64,000 nucleotides of DNA from Desulfobacterales bacterium (GTDB taxonomy: Bacteria > Desulfobacterota > Desulfobacteria > Desulfobacterales > SG8-13): positions 4,861 to 68,860 of the forward strand of contig JBAPSB010000069.1 of assembly GCA_049281435.1 (NCBI GenBank), given 5' to 3'. The notes beneath the pieces were generated by a model, which worked only from the letters and a program-made list of their open reading frames with translations, did not search any database and was not told the DNA's origin. This document shows positions 54,540 through 64,000 of this stretch, piece by piece. The translations under genes and the position numbers were made by a program. Within the stretch, counting starts at the first letter, position 1, and each line of letters starts with the position of its first letter.

Positions 54540-57500
54540 CTATCCGGAAGAAGGCCTCGCCTGTTTAGGGCGCGCCATTCCGTAAATCGCCTTCAGCAAA
54601 TCGGCCGACGAGGCCGTTTTGCTCACGAAGGCTTCCGCGCCCGCCTGCCGCATGGTGCGGGCCAGTTGATCGTCTTCGTACATCGACAGGCCGATCACGC
54701 GCACATCGGGCAGCTCGGCCTTGATGCGGCGGGTGGCCTCGATGCCGTCCAGCTCCGGCATGGAGACATCCATGACGATGACGTCCGGTTTGAGCTGCCG
54801 GGCCTTTTCGACGGCTTCCAGCCCGTTGGCGGCTTCGCCCGCCACCTGGATGTGGGGCTGCCCGGAAATCAGCTGGATCAACCCCTGGCGCATCACCCGG
54901 TGATCGTCGACGAAAAGCACCCGGGTCACAACTGCTTCGGCGGAGGCAATTCCCGCCGTCAGCGAGCCGGCCGGGTCGTTCTTTACAGCGAGCCGCTGCG
55001 TCTCCGCGCGTTTGACCGGGCCGAGCGGGACTCTCAGGGTGAAGCAGCTGCCCCGGCCGGGAGCGCTGTCAATCGTCAGACTGCCCCCGATATGCCGGGC
55101 ACGCTCCCGCAGGCTCAGCAGCCCGAAACCGGCTTTTTCATTGAAGTGATCCAGGCCGCCGGGATCGAACCCCTGCCCCTGATCGCTGACCACGATGATC
55201 AGGCCCTCGTCCGAGCCACGAAGCTCGACCCGTGCGTTTTTGACATTGGCGTGTTTGACGACATTGAACAGCAGCTCCTGGGCGGCCCGAAACATGAACA
55301 CGTTCAGCGGCGAGCTGTCAAACTGTCCGGCCGCATCGGTTGTCAGTTGGACTCGCAGTCCGAACTGCGCGTTCATCTGCCCGGCCAGCCATTGCAGTGC
55401 GGCAACCAGTCCGGAGTGGTTCAGCACCGGCGGGCTCAACTCGTGTGACAGCCGGCGCGACTTTTCGATGGACTCCTCCAGCAACCGCTCGACGCTCGCC
55501 AACATGGATGTGGACGGCAGGCTGTCAGGGACGCACTGCAACTGAAGACGGGCGGCGGCCAGGATCTGCTGCAGGTCGTCGTGTAACAGCTGGGCGATCC
55601 GGCGCCGTTCGCGTTCTTCGGCCTCGACCAGTTCGACGGCCAGCGCCTGAAGCTGCCTTGACCGCGCCTCGGCCAGTTCGGTGCGCTCGGCCACCCGCTG
55701 CTCGAGGGTGTCGTTCACCTGCCGCAGCGCCTCCTCGGCCCGTTTGCGGTCGGTGATGTCGGTGGCGGAGGGTATCAGGAATGAGACACGGCCGTCGCCA
55801 TCGACCATGGGCGACAACATGAAATCGATGGTCAGAAATTCGCCGTCGGCGACCCGGATCACCTCGTCATAACGGCTGCCCTTGCCGGCGGCCGCCTCCT
55901 CGATGGCCGTGCGCAGGCGCTGCTGGACGTCGCGCGACCACGACCACCAGTAGCACTCTTCGAAGGGCCGGCCGAGCACATCCCCGGGCTTCAGGTTGGC
56001 CGCTGCGAGTGCGGTGCGGTTGGCTTCGACCAGCGTGCCGTCGGGCGTCATGAGTCCGATCATGGCCACCATGTTGTCCATGACATCGCGCAGGTGCCGC
56101 TCGCTGGCCAGCAGCGCCAATGCCGCTCGCTTCTGGGCGGTGATGTCGATGTTCAGGCCGACCCATTTCGTGATGCGGCCGGCGGCATCCCGCATGGGGA
56201 ACCCGCGGCCGAGGATCCAGCAGTCGCCACCGTCTTTGTCATAAAAGTGGTGCTCGTATTCCCAGCGGCCCTCCGTTTCGATACACCGCCGCCAGCTGGC
56301 CAGCATCTTTTCGCCCTCGCCGGGGGCATAGCGGTCCATCCAGCCGAAATCACGGCATTGCGCAAGGCTCATGCCGGTCATCTCCAGCCACGACGGGCTC
56401 AGGTACACCAGGTCGCCTTGCGGGTCGCACTCCCACATCCCGAAGGGATTGAGTTCGGCCACGGCACGGAAGGTGGCCTCGCTCTCCTGCAACCTCTTCT
56501 CGGTCAGGCGCCGCTCGCTGATGTCACGAAAAACCAGGACTGCCCCCAGCACGTTGCCTTCCCTGTCCCGGATGGGCGCACCGCTGTCGTCGATCGGCAC
56601 CTCGCTGCCGTCGCGGCGCAGCAGGACCGTATGGTTCGCCATCGCGGCGACCCGGCCGGTCTGCAACACCTTGTTCACCGGGCTCTCCACCACCTTGCGG
56701 GTGTGTTCGTTGACGATGCGAAACACCGCCTGCGTCGGCTGCCCGAGCGCCTCGCTGCTGCGCCAGCCGGTCAGGGACTCGGCCACCTGATTCAGATAGG
56801 TCACCCGGCCTTGGGTGTCGGTGGCGATCACCGCATCGCCGATGCTGGCCAGTGTCACCGCCCAGCGCTCCTCGCTTTCGCGCAGCACCGCTTCCGCTTT
56901 TTTCTGCGCGGTGATCTCCTGGGCCACGAGGTTGAGGCCGGTGATGGTGCCGTCGGCATCTTTCAGCGGCAGCCAGCTTTCGATCCAGGTGCGCCGTACG
57001 CCGGGCTGAGCGGCGGTCTCCCCGCTGATCTCGATGCCCAGCACCGGCTCGCCGGTGGCGAGGATCCGGCGCATCTGGGGCTCGATGTCATCGGCCAGAC
57101 CGGGCACGATCTCCCGCACGGTGCGGCCGATGTGCGCTGCCGCCGGCACGCCGTTGATCTCGGCCAGGCGCGCGTTGATGCGCACGTAGCGCAGCTCGGT
57201 ATCCAGCACGCACAGTCCGACCGGCGCGTTGGTGTAGATCGACTCGATTTCCGCCAGGCGCTCGCGGGCGGCGCCTTCGCTATCCCGCAGGGCCCGTTCG
57301 GCCTTCTTGCGATCACGCAGGTCCAGGCCGAAACCGATCATGGTGTCATTCGAAAGCCTGGTGTTGAACCAGTCGCCGGGCACGCGCCGACCGTCCTTGG
57401 TGGTAACGATCCACTCGCGCCAGCCGGGCGCCAGGGACTGCATGGAATCGGCGACTTCGGCGCGATAGGCGGCGTCCGGGTAAGCCTTGCTCATAAAGTC

Positions 57501-57896
57501 GCCCTGGTTGGCATCCGCGGTCGTCCAGCCGAGCACCTCTTCGGCATGGTGGTTGAGGGTAAAGCGCCGGAGCCGCGGATCCCACAGGATCAGCATGACC
57601 GGGATGGTGTCGAAAATGCGCTGCAGCAGTTCGCCCTGATGGCTCGGCGCTTCCTCGACAACCTGGCCTCCGGCGGCGGTGCCACCTAAGATATCCGGGA
57701 GCCGATCCGCCGCCGTGCGAAACAGCCGCTGGCTCTCCGCAGCCTCGCCGGACCTCAGACAGACCGTTTCTTCGAACAATTCACGGCACTGCTGTTCCCG
57801 GGCCGCCAGCAAGGACCGGTACTCGGCCAGTTCCTGAATCAGTTGTTCACGGGATTTATCCGAATCCGTTAGTAAAGCCGACTGTCCGTTGGCCAT
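54540..57896 (-). CDS. Multi-PAS hybrid sensor kinase (HisKA_3 type) with C-terminal NarL-type receiver
   Basis: 1118 aa. At least 5 PAS/PAC-like repeats, H-box RRIAQLLHDDLQQ, HATPase_c (DQGQGF, GFGLLSLRERA), and receiver VLFVDDH…VIVMDVSMP. Confidence 0.92.
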   Translation of the reverse strand: MANGQSALLTDSDKSREQLIQELAEYRSLLAAREQQCRELFEETVCLRSGEAAESQRLFRTAADRLPDILGGTAAGGQVVEEAPSHQGELLQRIFDTIPVMLILWDPRLRRFTLNHHAEEVLGWTTADANQGDFMSKAYPDAAYRAEVADSMQSLAPGWREWIVTTKDGRRVPGDWFNTRLSNDTMIGFGLDLRDRKKAERALRDSEGAARERLAEIESIYTNAPVGLCVLDTELRYVRINARLAEINGVPAAAHIGRTVREIVPGLADDIEPQMRRILATGEPVLGIEISGETAAQPGVRRTWIESWLPLKDADGTITGLNLVAQEITAQKKAEAVLRESEERWAVTLASIGDAVIATDTQGRVTYLNQVAESLTGWRSSEALGQPTQAVFRIVNEHTRKVVESPVNKVLQTGRVAAMANHTVLLRRDGSEVPIDDSGAPIRDREGNVLGAVLVFRDISERRLTEKRLQESEATFRAVAELNPFGMWECDPQGDLVYLSPSWLEMTGMSLAQCRDFGWMDRYAPGEGEKMLASWRRCIETEGRWEYEHHFYDKDGGDCWILGRGFPMRDAAGRITKWVGLNIDITAQKRAALALLASERHLRDVMDNMVAMIGLMTPDGTLVEANRTALAAANLKPGDVLGRPFEECYWWSWSRDVQQRLRTAIEEAAAGKGSRYDEVIRVADGEFLTIDFMLSPMVDGDGRVSFLIPSATDITDRKRAEEALRQVNDTLEQRVAERTELAEARSRQLQALAVELVEAEERERRRIAQLLHDDLQQILAAARLQLQCVPDSLPSTSMLASVERLLEESIEKSRRLSHELSPPVLNHSGLVAALQWLAGQMNAQFGLRVQLTTDAAGQFDSSPLNVFMFRAAQELLFNVVKHANVKNARVELRGSDEGLIIVVSDQGQGFDPGGLDHFNEKAGFGLLSLRERARHIGGSLTIDSAPGRGSCFTLRVPLGPVKRAETQRLAVKNDPAGSLTAGIASAEAVVTRVLFVDDHRVMRQGLIQLISGQPHIQVAGEAANGLEAVEKARQLKPDVIVMDVSMPELDGIEATRRIKAELPDVRVIGLSMYEDDQLARTMRQAGAEAFVSKTASSADLLKAIYGMARPKQARPSSG

Positions 57897-58251
57897 ACGC
57901 CACCTTGATGTTTAACCTGTCGCGTTAAACGGAAATGATGAAATTTTTGCTATCTTGTTTTTTAGCATGATTTTGATGAATTTCAACCCAATTTTAACAA
58001 TGGGATTAACCTCTTATATTCTGCCGTATGCGCCTACAGCATATGCCGCGTGTATATGACCCATATTTCTCGTCGAAATAAATTGCATTTCGCCGATCAA
58101 TCGACGCAACCGTGCATCGAATCCCCCGCACGGGCCAGCTCTGGGCCTGCCCATATTCGATCCGCGGCGGCGGAGCGGATACCCGCACAAGGGGCACCCC
58201 TGCAGGCAGGGTCACCGTTTGGCAACCGGACGATCACGAAGGGCGAATCGT

Positions 58252-58662
58252 TCAGGTGGACACCGATAAAAGGGGCTGGGCCTCGGCGGCGACAATCTTG
58301 CAGATGGTCTTGATATTGTAAGGTTTGGGGAAAAAATAATCGGTGACGCCGTCATTCAAGAGCTGCGTCACGACTGAAGCGTCTCCACCGGTCGTCATTG
58401 CAATTTTCGTTGCGGGCGACCGTAGGCGAATCCGGCGAACCAACTCGTAACCGTTTATACCGGGAATGCGAAGGTCCGTGAAAACGATGTCCATGCGCTC
58501 GCGATTGAAAAGATCCCACGCTTCGAGGCCGTCTACGGCTTTGTAAACGATAAAACCGTGCCGTTCAAACCCGAGTGACAACAGCTCGACGATCATGTCA
58601 TCGTCGTCGACGATCAGGATGGATTTCGGTGCACCGGTCGAGGCCGGATGTTTCGAGCGCAT
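58252..58662 (-). CDS. Single-domain response regulator
   Basis: 136 aa with ILIVDDDD, IVFTDLRIPG and PKP. Confidence 0.88.
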   Translation of the reverse strand: MRSKHPASTGAPKSILIVDDDDMIVELLSLGFERHGFIVYKAVDGLEAWDLFNRERMDIVFTDLRIPGINGYELVRRIRLRSPATKIAMTTGGDASVVTQLLNDGVTDYFFPKPYNIKTICKIVAAEAQPLLSVST

Positions 58663-59055
58663 ATGACGGTCCCTTCTTCAATCTGAAATACAGGACCTGC
58701 CGGCGGAGTCGCCCAATGTCTACTGTCGTTTAACAGTAAGCGTGAAAGGAAGACCTGTAAATGGAAACAGGGATGAATATATATTTCGGGACAAGCCGCA
58801 TCCCCATCTGGTGAAATTCACTCTTTCGCATGGCAAACAGTTTTCTTTGTCGGTATACAAGCAATCCTACATTATAAAAGACCAGGAGATAACAAAAAAA
58901 GAAACTTCGGGGGAAAGCTGAAAATCGGCATCGCCTTGGCGTGTGGCGCCAAAGTTGTTCTCAGCTCGATACTGTGAGAACCTTTCACCTCTGAACCCTT
59001 CACCAGTGGCGTTCGAAGCCGGGGCCGGTCTTACGGTCCCGGCTTCGCGCAACCA

Positions 59056-59460
59056 TTACCCTGCCTTGACGGAGATCTTGCGCGGCGTTGCCTTTTCGAC
59101 CTTGGTCAATGTCAGGCGCAGAACGCCGTCGTTCATCTGGGCATCGATCTTGGCCTGATCGATGACCTCCGAGAGGGTGAACTGCCGCATGTACCGGCCG
59201 ATTTCATATTCGACCAGCAGGTCTTCTTCGCCGGATCCTTCCCACGGCGTCACCTCGCCCATCAGGGTCAGCACATCGTCACGCAGGTCGATATTGAGAT
59301 CAGTGGGTTTGACCCCCGGCAGGTCCGCCACCAGCGTAATCGCCTTATCGGTCTCGAATATATCCACCGCCGGCGTAAATACCGGCCCGGATTTGGTCTG
59401 TTCGGCAGGCACGGACAACTCTTGTTTTTCTTTGGGTTGAATTTCCTTTGTTTCGGCCAT
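59056..59460 (-). CDS. Small heat-shock protein (Hsp20/alpha-crystallin family)
   Basis: 134 aa with alpha-crystallin domain (…PAVDIFETDKAITLVADLPGV… and GVLRLTLTK). Confidence 0.92.
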   Translation of the reverse strand: MAETKEIQPKEKQELSVPAEQTKSGPVFTPAVDIFETDKAITLVADLPGVKPTDLNIDLRDDVLTLMGEVTPWEGSGEEDLLVEYEIGRYMRQFTLSEVIDQAKIDAQMNDGVLRLTLTKVEKATPRKISVKAG

Positions 59461-59651
59461 GTGATATCCCTCCTTTGATAGACGGCTGAAAGGCTAAGGG
59501 CTGAAGGCGAAGGGAAAAGGGTTTAAGGTTTAAGGTAAAAGGTTTAAGGCTGAAGGCAAAATGACGCCTGTTGATCATTTGCCGTTCGCCGTTTGCCATG
59601 CGCCGTTTGCCATTCACCTTTTGCCTTGCGCCGTTTGCCGTTTCCTGACAA
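59461..59651. repeat. Low-complexity spacer: purine-rich NNNAAGG 7-9-mers followed by pyrimidine-rich GCCGTTT 7-9-mers (plus-strand reading)
   Basis: Left arm (from ~59472) is gacggctgaaaggctaagggctgaaggcgaagggaaaagggtttaaggtttaaggtaaaaggtttaaggctgaaggc. Right arm is tttgccgttcgccgtttgccatgcgccgtttgccattcaccttttgccttgcgccgtttgccgtttcc. Confidence 0.8.
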
Positions 59652-60113
59652 TCAGCGCACCGTGATCTGTTTCGGCTTGGCCGCTTCCGCTTTCGGAACG
59701 ACGACGCTCAAAATGCCATTGACGTGGCTGGCTTCCACCTTATCGGCATCCACCTCGCCGGGCAGGGCGATCATGCGGCTGAAGGTGCCGGCATCGCGTT
59801 CCCGGCGATGGTATCTCACGTTCTCATCTTCGGACGGAATCTTGCGTTCGCCGGAAATCGATAGGTTGCGGCCGGTCACCGAGATGTTGATATCGGCCGC
59901 GCTCAGCCCCGGCAGTTCCGCCCTCACAAAGAAATTTTCCTTGTCCTCGGTCAAGTTGATCAGTGGAAACACCCCGGCACCCACCACACGGTAAGGTCTT
60001 CGCGCCGAACCACTGCCGAAAACCTCGTCGAGTTGGCGCCGCATGCGCTCAAGTTCTTCGAAAGCGCTTCCCAAGCCCCAGGTTGGATAATAACTCGGTC
60101 GTCTGAAAATCAT
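59652..60113 (-). CDS. Small heat-shock protein (Hsp20 family), second copy
   Basis: 153 aa. …FPLINLTEDKENFFVRAELPGL… and GILSVVVPK. Confidence 0.92.
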   Translation of the reverse strand: MIFRRPSYYPTWGLGSAFEELERMRRQLDEVFGSGSARRPYRVVGAGVFPLINLTEDKENFFVRAELPGLSAADINISVTGRNLSISGERKIPSEDENVRYHRRERDAGTFSRMIALPGEVDADKVEASHVNGILSVVVPKAEAAKPKQITVR

Positions 60114-60535
60114 GGCAGTCTCCTCCTTTGTTGATGTTTTCTCAGGATGCCGATTTGATCTCGATCTTCCTGGTTTCGGCCCCTTTAACCTCCTTGATTC
60201 CAGCTTTTATTAACACAGGATTTTGTAAATAAAATAATTTACTAAATCTATTTGCCAATATTTATTTTTATTACTTAAATAATTTTTTTAACTAAATAAT
60301 TAAAATAGGGTCGATGCTGTACTTGAAGATTCCTGCGCCACTAGTTCCGGAGCCCGACTTGCGCGCCGGTCGCCATCCAACGTTTTGAGCGCGAACCCGC
60401 GTTTCAGCCCGGATAGGTAAACCAACCTTTTCCTGGTCCTCTAAACATGATAAACAGGACGACAGCATGACCCCTACCGCCTTTATGCCTTTGCTCGCAG
60501 GCGGTTCAAGGCTTACAAACGAACGGAGGCGCGGC

Positions 60536-60790
60536 ATGAAAGATGATCGGGGGATGTACTATTACCCGAATCCGTTGCAAAAAAAATTCCGGATGTATGT
60601 GAAGGAAATGCACGGGGAAATCTGTTTCAGGATGTGGAATTCCGACGATCCGCAGCTGTGGGAAACCCATGGCTGGGTGCCCTACGGCGCCATTCGGGAG
60701 GCGGCGCAAGTTTATGACGGCAAGGCCATCGACCCCAAACAGGCCTACGACATCGAAGTCGCCCGGGCCTTGATGAAACACGGCGGCTGA
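60536..60790 (+). CDS. Small hypothetical protein (84 aa)
   Basis: ORF from MKDDRGMYYYPNP…. Coding-like composition but no recognisable family. Immediately precedes the helicase gene. Confidence 0.4.
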   Translation: MKDDRGMYYYPNPLQKKFRMYVKEMHGEICFRMWNSDDPQLWETHGWVPYGAIREAAQVYDGKAIDPKQAYDIEVARALMKHGG

Positions 60791-60815
60791 AACCTTTTCG
60801 AGACGGCCGAAGCGA

Positions 60816-62201
60816 TTGATCTTGAGTTCTGACACAGTGACCATCGTTCTGGGGAAAAACCTCAGACTGACCGAAATTCCGCAACCGCTCTACGATATGC
60901 TGACCGAGCGGTTGAAATTCCCCAATCCCAAGTACCTCGAAAATGCCCGCATGGGCCGCTGGAATCGCGGCATTGCGAAAGAGTTGCGCTTCTATGACCG
61001 CCTCAGAGGCGGCGGGCTGGTGATTCCCCGGGGCTATATCCGCCAGTTGATCACCTCCTGCCGCCGGCTCGATATCGGCTACCGGATCGAGGACCGGCGA
61101 CGCAGCCTGCCGCCGCTGGATTTCGCGTTTTGCGGGCAGCTGCGCCCATTCCAGCTTCAGGCGGTCCGGCCCATGCTGCGCAAGGAGTTCGGCACCCTGA
61201 ACTCCCCGACCGGTTCCGGCAAGACCGTCATGGCCCTTTACATCATGGCCGAACGCCGGCAGCCCGCGCTGATTGTCGTGCATACCGCCGACCTGGCGCG
61301 CCAATGGGCCGAGCGCATCGAAACCTTCCTGAAGATCCCGGCCGAGGAGATCGGCCGCATCGGCGGCGGCAAGAAGAAGATCGGCGCCAGGGTTACGGTC
61401 GCCCTGGTCCAGTCCCTGTGCAAGTGCGCCGATGAGGTCGCCCCGCAAATCGGGCACCTGATCGTCGATGAGTGCCACCGCACCCCGAGCCGCACCTTCA
61501 CCGATGCCGTGGCCGAATTCGATTCACGCTACATGCTGGGGCTCTCGGCCACCCCCTGGCGCCGCGACAACCTCTCGCGGCTGATCTTCTGGCACCTGGG
61601 CGACGTGCATCACCAGGTCGAGAAAAACGATCTGATCCGAACCGGCCAGGTCCTGACGGCCGAGGTCATCTTCCGCAATACCGATTTCAAGCCCTATTAC
61701 GACCCGGTCCAGGAATACAGCAAAATGCTCTCCGAGCTGACGGTCAACGACGAGCGCAACCGGCTCATCGCGGCCGACATCGCCGCCGAGGCCGCCGGGG
61801 GGGCCGGTATCTGCCTCGTGCTGACGGACCGCAAAAAGCACTGCGAATCGCTGGGGGCCCTTCTGCGCTTTGGCCATTCTCTGCCGGCGGACATTCTGAA
61901 CGGGGACCTGAGCCTCAGCGAGCGCCAATCGGTGATGGACCGGCTGCGGGAAGGGCGGGTCAGGGTGCTCATCGCCACCGGCCAATTGATCGGGGAAGGA
62001 TTCGACTGCCGCGAACTCACCACGCTGTTCATGGCCACCCCGGTGCGGTTCAGCGGCCGCGTCATTCAGTATCTGGGAAGAATTCTGCGGCCGGCCCCCG
62101 GTAAAAAACAGGCGCGGGTGTTCGACTACGTGGATGTCCACGTCGAGCCCCTGCTGAAGGCCGCCGGCGCCCGCAAGAAAATTTACGGGCTGCATTCGTA
62201 A
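60816..62201 (+). CDS. Superfamily-2 DEAD/DEAH-box helicase (type III restriction Res-like ATPase core)
   Basis: Motif I SPTGSGKT, motif II IVDECH, motif III LSATP, motif [10 protein letters not shown]. The start is uncertain (TTG 60816 or GTG ~60837). Confidence 0.85.
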   Translation: MILSSDTVTIVLGKNLRLTEIPQPLYDMLTERLKFPNPKYLENARMGRWNRGIAKELRFYDRLRGGGLVIPRGYIRQLITSCRRLDIGYRIEDRRRSLPPLDFAFCGQLRPFQLQAVRPMLRKEFGTLNSPTGSGKTVMALYIMAERRQPALIVVHTADLARQWAERIETFLKIPAEEIGRIGGGKKKIGARVTVALVQSLCKCADEVAPQIGHLIVDECHRTPSRTFTDAVAEFDSRYMLGLSATPWRRDNLSRLIFWHLGDVHHQVEKNDLIRTGQVLTAEVIFRNTDFKPYYDPVQEYSKMLSELTVNDERNRLIAADIAAEAAGGAGICLVLTDRKKHCESLGALLRFGHSLPADILNGDLSLSERQSVMDRLREGRVRVLIATGQLIGEGFDCRELTTLFMATPVRFSGRVIQYLGRILRPAPGKKQARVFDYVDVHVEPLLKAAGARKKIYGLHS

Positions 62202-62223
62202 CGTCCGTCACCGGAGGAGAAGC

Positions 62224-62640
62224 ATGAAAAGCTATCGCAAGGAACTGTGGTTCGACATCCCCACCCGGCGGGCCTTCATCGACATCACCGCCCAAATCGA
62301 GGGGTGCCTTCAGGAAAGCGGCATCACGGAGGGTCTGTGTCTGGTCAATGCCATGCACATCACCGCCTCGGTCTTCATCAACGACGACGAGCCGGGACTG
62401 CATCACGATTATGACGCTTGGCTCGAAAAACTGGCCCCGCATGAACCGGTTGCGCAATACCGCCACAACGTGGGCGAGGACAACGCCGATGCGCACATGA
62501 AGCGCCAGGTCATGGGCCGTGAAGTGGTGGTCGCCATAACCAGCGGCCGCCTGGACTTCGGTACCTGGGAAAGGATCTTTTATGGTGAATTCGACGGGCG
62601 CCGCCGCAAACGGGTGCTGGTCAAGATTGTCGGAGAATAA
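62224..62640 (+). CDS. yjbQ: YjbQ/UPF0047 family protein (secondary thiamine-phosphate synthase-like)
   Basis: 138 aa with HITASV…NDDE, NADAHMK and [13 protein letters not shown]. Confidence 0.85.
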   Translation: MKSYRKELWFDIPTRRAFIDITAQIEGCLQESGITEGLCLVNAMHITASVFINDDEPGLHHDYDAWLEKLAPHEPVAQYRHNVGEDNADAHMKRQVMGREVVVAITSGRLDFGTWERIFYGEFDGRRRKRVLVKIVGE

Positions 62641-62644
62641 AATC

Positions 62645-62709
62645 GCTGCGCGATTTTATGATGTGACAGCATTCAGCGGCTGCGCGATTTTATGATGTGA
62701 CAGCATTCA
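62645..62709 (+). repeat. Tandem direct repeat (2 x 31 identical nt, period 34) carrying CRP/FNR-like TGTGA-N6-TCA half-site pairs
   Basis: GCTGCGCGATTTTATGATGTGACAGCATTCA occurs at 62645-62675 and 62679-62709. Copy 2 reads TGTGAcagcatTCACC. Confidence 0.85.
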
Positions 62710-62760
62710 CCGGGTGCAGATTGCTTATTGGAGGCTACCCCGTTATAATAAACCCTGCGT

Positions 62761-63936
62761 GTGGCGGATATCCTGTTGAATCCTGGTTTCGATCAGTATC
62801 GTCGATGCAACCCAAAACGGACATGGCCTATGGACCCCTATTGTGGCCGGATTTTGACGGGCCGGTACGGTGCCCACCTCAAAAACCGCATCGAGGAATG
62901 CCTTCTTCATTGCCGCGGCTTCGACGAGCTGGGAACGCCCGCCATGCCGTACATATCGGCCTGGCATACTAAGGAGAACAGCATCTGGTACGAGTTCGTC
63001 AGCCGGCGCCTCATCGCCCTTCTCGGATGCAGCGGCGCGGAGGCCCCGCGGCTCTTCAATGACAGCATCGTCGAACGCCACCGCTACACCCGTCATCACA
63101 ACCGCAAGGGACCGGCCGAAGAAATACTAAAAAAAAACGACGTCACTGTCAAAAAACTGAAGTTGCGAAGAGAAGTCATCCGGCTGGGCGCTCTGGATGC
63201 CGTCTACAAGGTCGAAACAGCCGCGTCGGGAACCTGCTGGATCAAAGACCAGGCCGCCATCGAAGCCTTCCACCCGGACGGCGTTTACCTGTCGCTGGGG
63301 AGCTTAACCGTCGTTTCAAAGGAGATGGAAGCCGAGGAAAGGCTCAAGGAAGTGCAGAAATCCTTGCGCAAAAGCGAAGAGAAGTACCGCGACCAGGCGA
63401 TCCACGACAGCCTGACGAAACTCTACAACACGCGCTACCTGTATAAGTCCCTGGCCGCCTTGACGAAGAAGCGGCCGCCGCAGGCAAAACCATTTTCACT
63501 GGTATTCATGGACATCGACAACTTCAAGCAAGTCGTCGACGCCAACGGCCACCTGAATGCCAGCCGGACGCTGCGCGAAATCGCCGCGACCATCAAGTCC
63601 ATGCTCTCCGAACCGGCGTACGGCGTCGCTTACGGCGGGGATGAATTCGTGGCGGTTCTGCCGGGGTTCGACAAGCAGCAGGCCATACACCTGGCGGAAG
63701 CCATCCGCCGGCGCATAAAAGATACCATCTACCTCAAAAGGTTGGACCTCACGGTGCAGGTCAGCGCCAGCCTGGGTATCGCGACCTTTCCCGACGACGG
63801 CGACAATCCGACCGATCTTCTGGCGCAGGCCGACCAGGCGATGTTCAGGGTGAAGGAAGGCGGCAAGGATTCGGTCTGCGGCCTCGCAGGCAATTGCGGC
63901 GGCGGTTCGTCGCAGATGACGAACCGGCCAAAATAA
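62761..63936 (+). CDS. Diguanylate cyclase (GGDEF domain) with uncharacterised N-terminal region
   Basis: The C-terminal domain has DIDNFKQVVD, an intact YGGDEF active site and ADQAMFRVKEGGKD. The start is uncertain (GTG 62761 or ATG 62830). Confidence 0.85.
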   Translation: MADILLNPGFDQYRRCNPKRTWPMDPYCGRILTGRYGAHLKNRIEECLLHCRGFDELGTPAMPYISAWHTKENSIWYEFVSRRLIALLGCSGAEAPRLFNDSIVERHRYTRHHNRKGPAEEILKKNDVTVKKLKLRREVIRLGALDAVYKVETAASGTCWIKDQAAIEAFHPDGVYLSLGSLTVVSKEMEAEERLKEVQKSLRKSEEKYRDQAIHDSLTKLYNTRYLYKSLAALTKKRPPQAKPFSLVFMDIDNFKQVVDANGHLNASRTLREIAATIKSMLSEPAYGVAYGGDEFVAVLPGFDKQQAIHLAEAIRRRIKDTIYLKRLDLTVQVSASLGIATFPDDGDNPTDLLAQADQAMFRVKEGGKDSVCGLAGNCGGGSSQMTNRPK

Positions 63937-64000
63937 TTTGCAGGCAATATGACCGCTATTCCAAAAATCCCTGAATGATCCATTTTAATCTCCCCGCCCG

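Noticed and set aside
60244-60257. Sigma54-like TGGCAA-N6-TTTAG upstream of the second hsp20 (minus strand)
   Set aside because: The -12 element lacks the GC (TTTA instead of TTGC). No sigma32-type CTTGAAA…CCCCAT motif was convincing either, so no promoter is called.

Overview
High-GC (about 60%) bacterial chromosomal segment. The gene content suggests a Desulfobacterota-like (Desulfobacterales-type) anaerobe; this is an inference only. It includes mvhD-metV-metF, a split archaeal-type glutamate synthase, sigma54/PAS-rich signalling, PilT ATPases and cytoplasmic Fe-S/molybdopterin redox modules.

About 55 CDS are supportable:
- Housekeeping: pilT x2, coaX, folP, ftsH, tilS, grpE-dnaK, glpD/GDPD/HAD, an ABC-2/GldG-like exporter cluster, glutamate synthase parts, metF/metV/mvhD, and two hsp20 genes.
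- Accessory: a cytoplasmic molybdopterin oxidoreductase with a GltD-like NAD(P)H module. It lies divergent from a sigma54-promoted TSUP/membrane/HK/NtrC operon.
- Other: an MFS-CGS-MtnX-MarR neighbourhood, a PAS/hybrid-kinase signalling cluster, an SF2 helicase, yjbQ and a GGDEF gene.
- One RNA gene is clear: a long, Alu-domain-containing SRP RNA at about 9341-9600.
- No tRNA, rRNA or CRISPR array was seen.

The most unusual content is non-coding:
- Several families of structured intergenic repeats: a ~185-bp TIR-bearing MITE-like element with ~35-bp mini derivatives, a ~100-bp long-hairpin element, a 24-bp perfect palindrome, and arrays of degenerate 7-9-mer CCGTT-type repeats. Some of them supply stop codons to, or truncate, neighbouring genes.
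- A promoter-plus-intrinsic-terminator leader or sRNA directly upstream of mvhD-metV-metF.
- A purine/pyrimidine low-complexity spacer between the two hsp20 genes that could occlude the downstream SD.
- A consensus sigma54 promoter with an upstream palindrome.

All family calls come from reading the translated ORFs and from motif memory. No searches were run.
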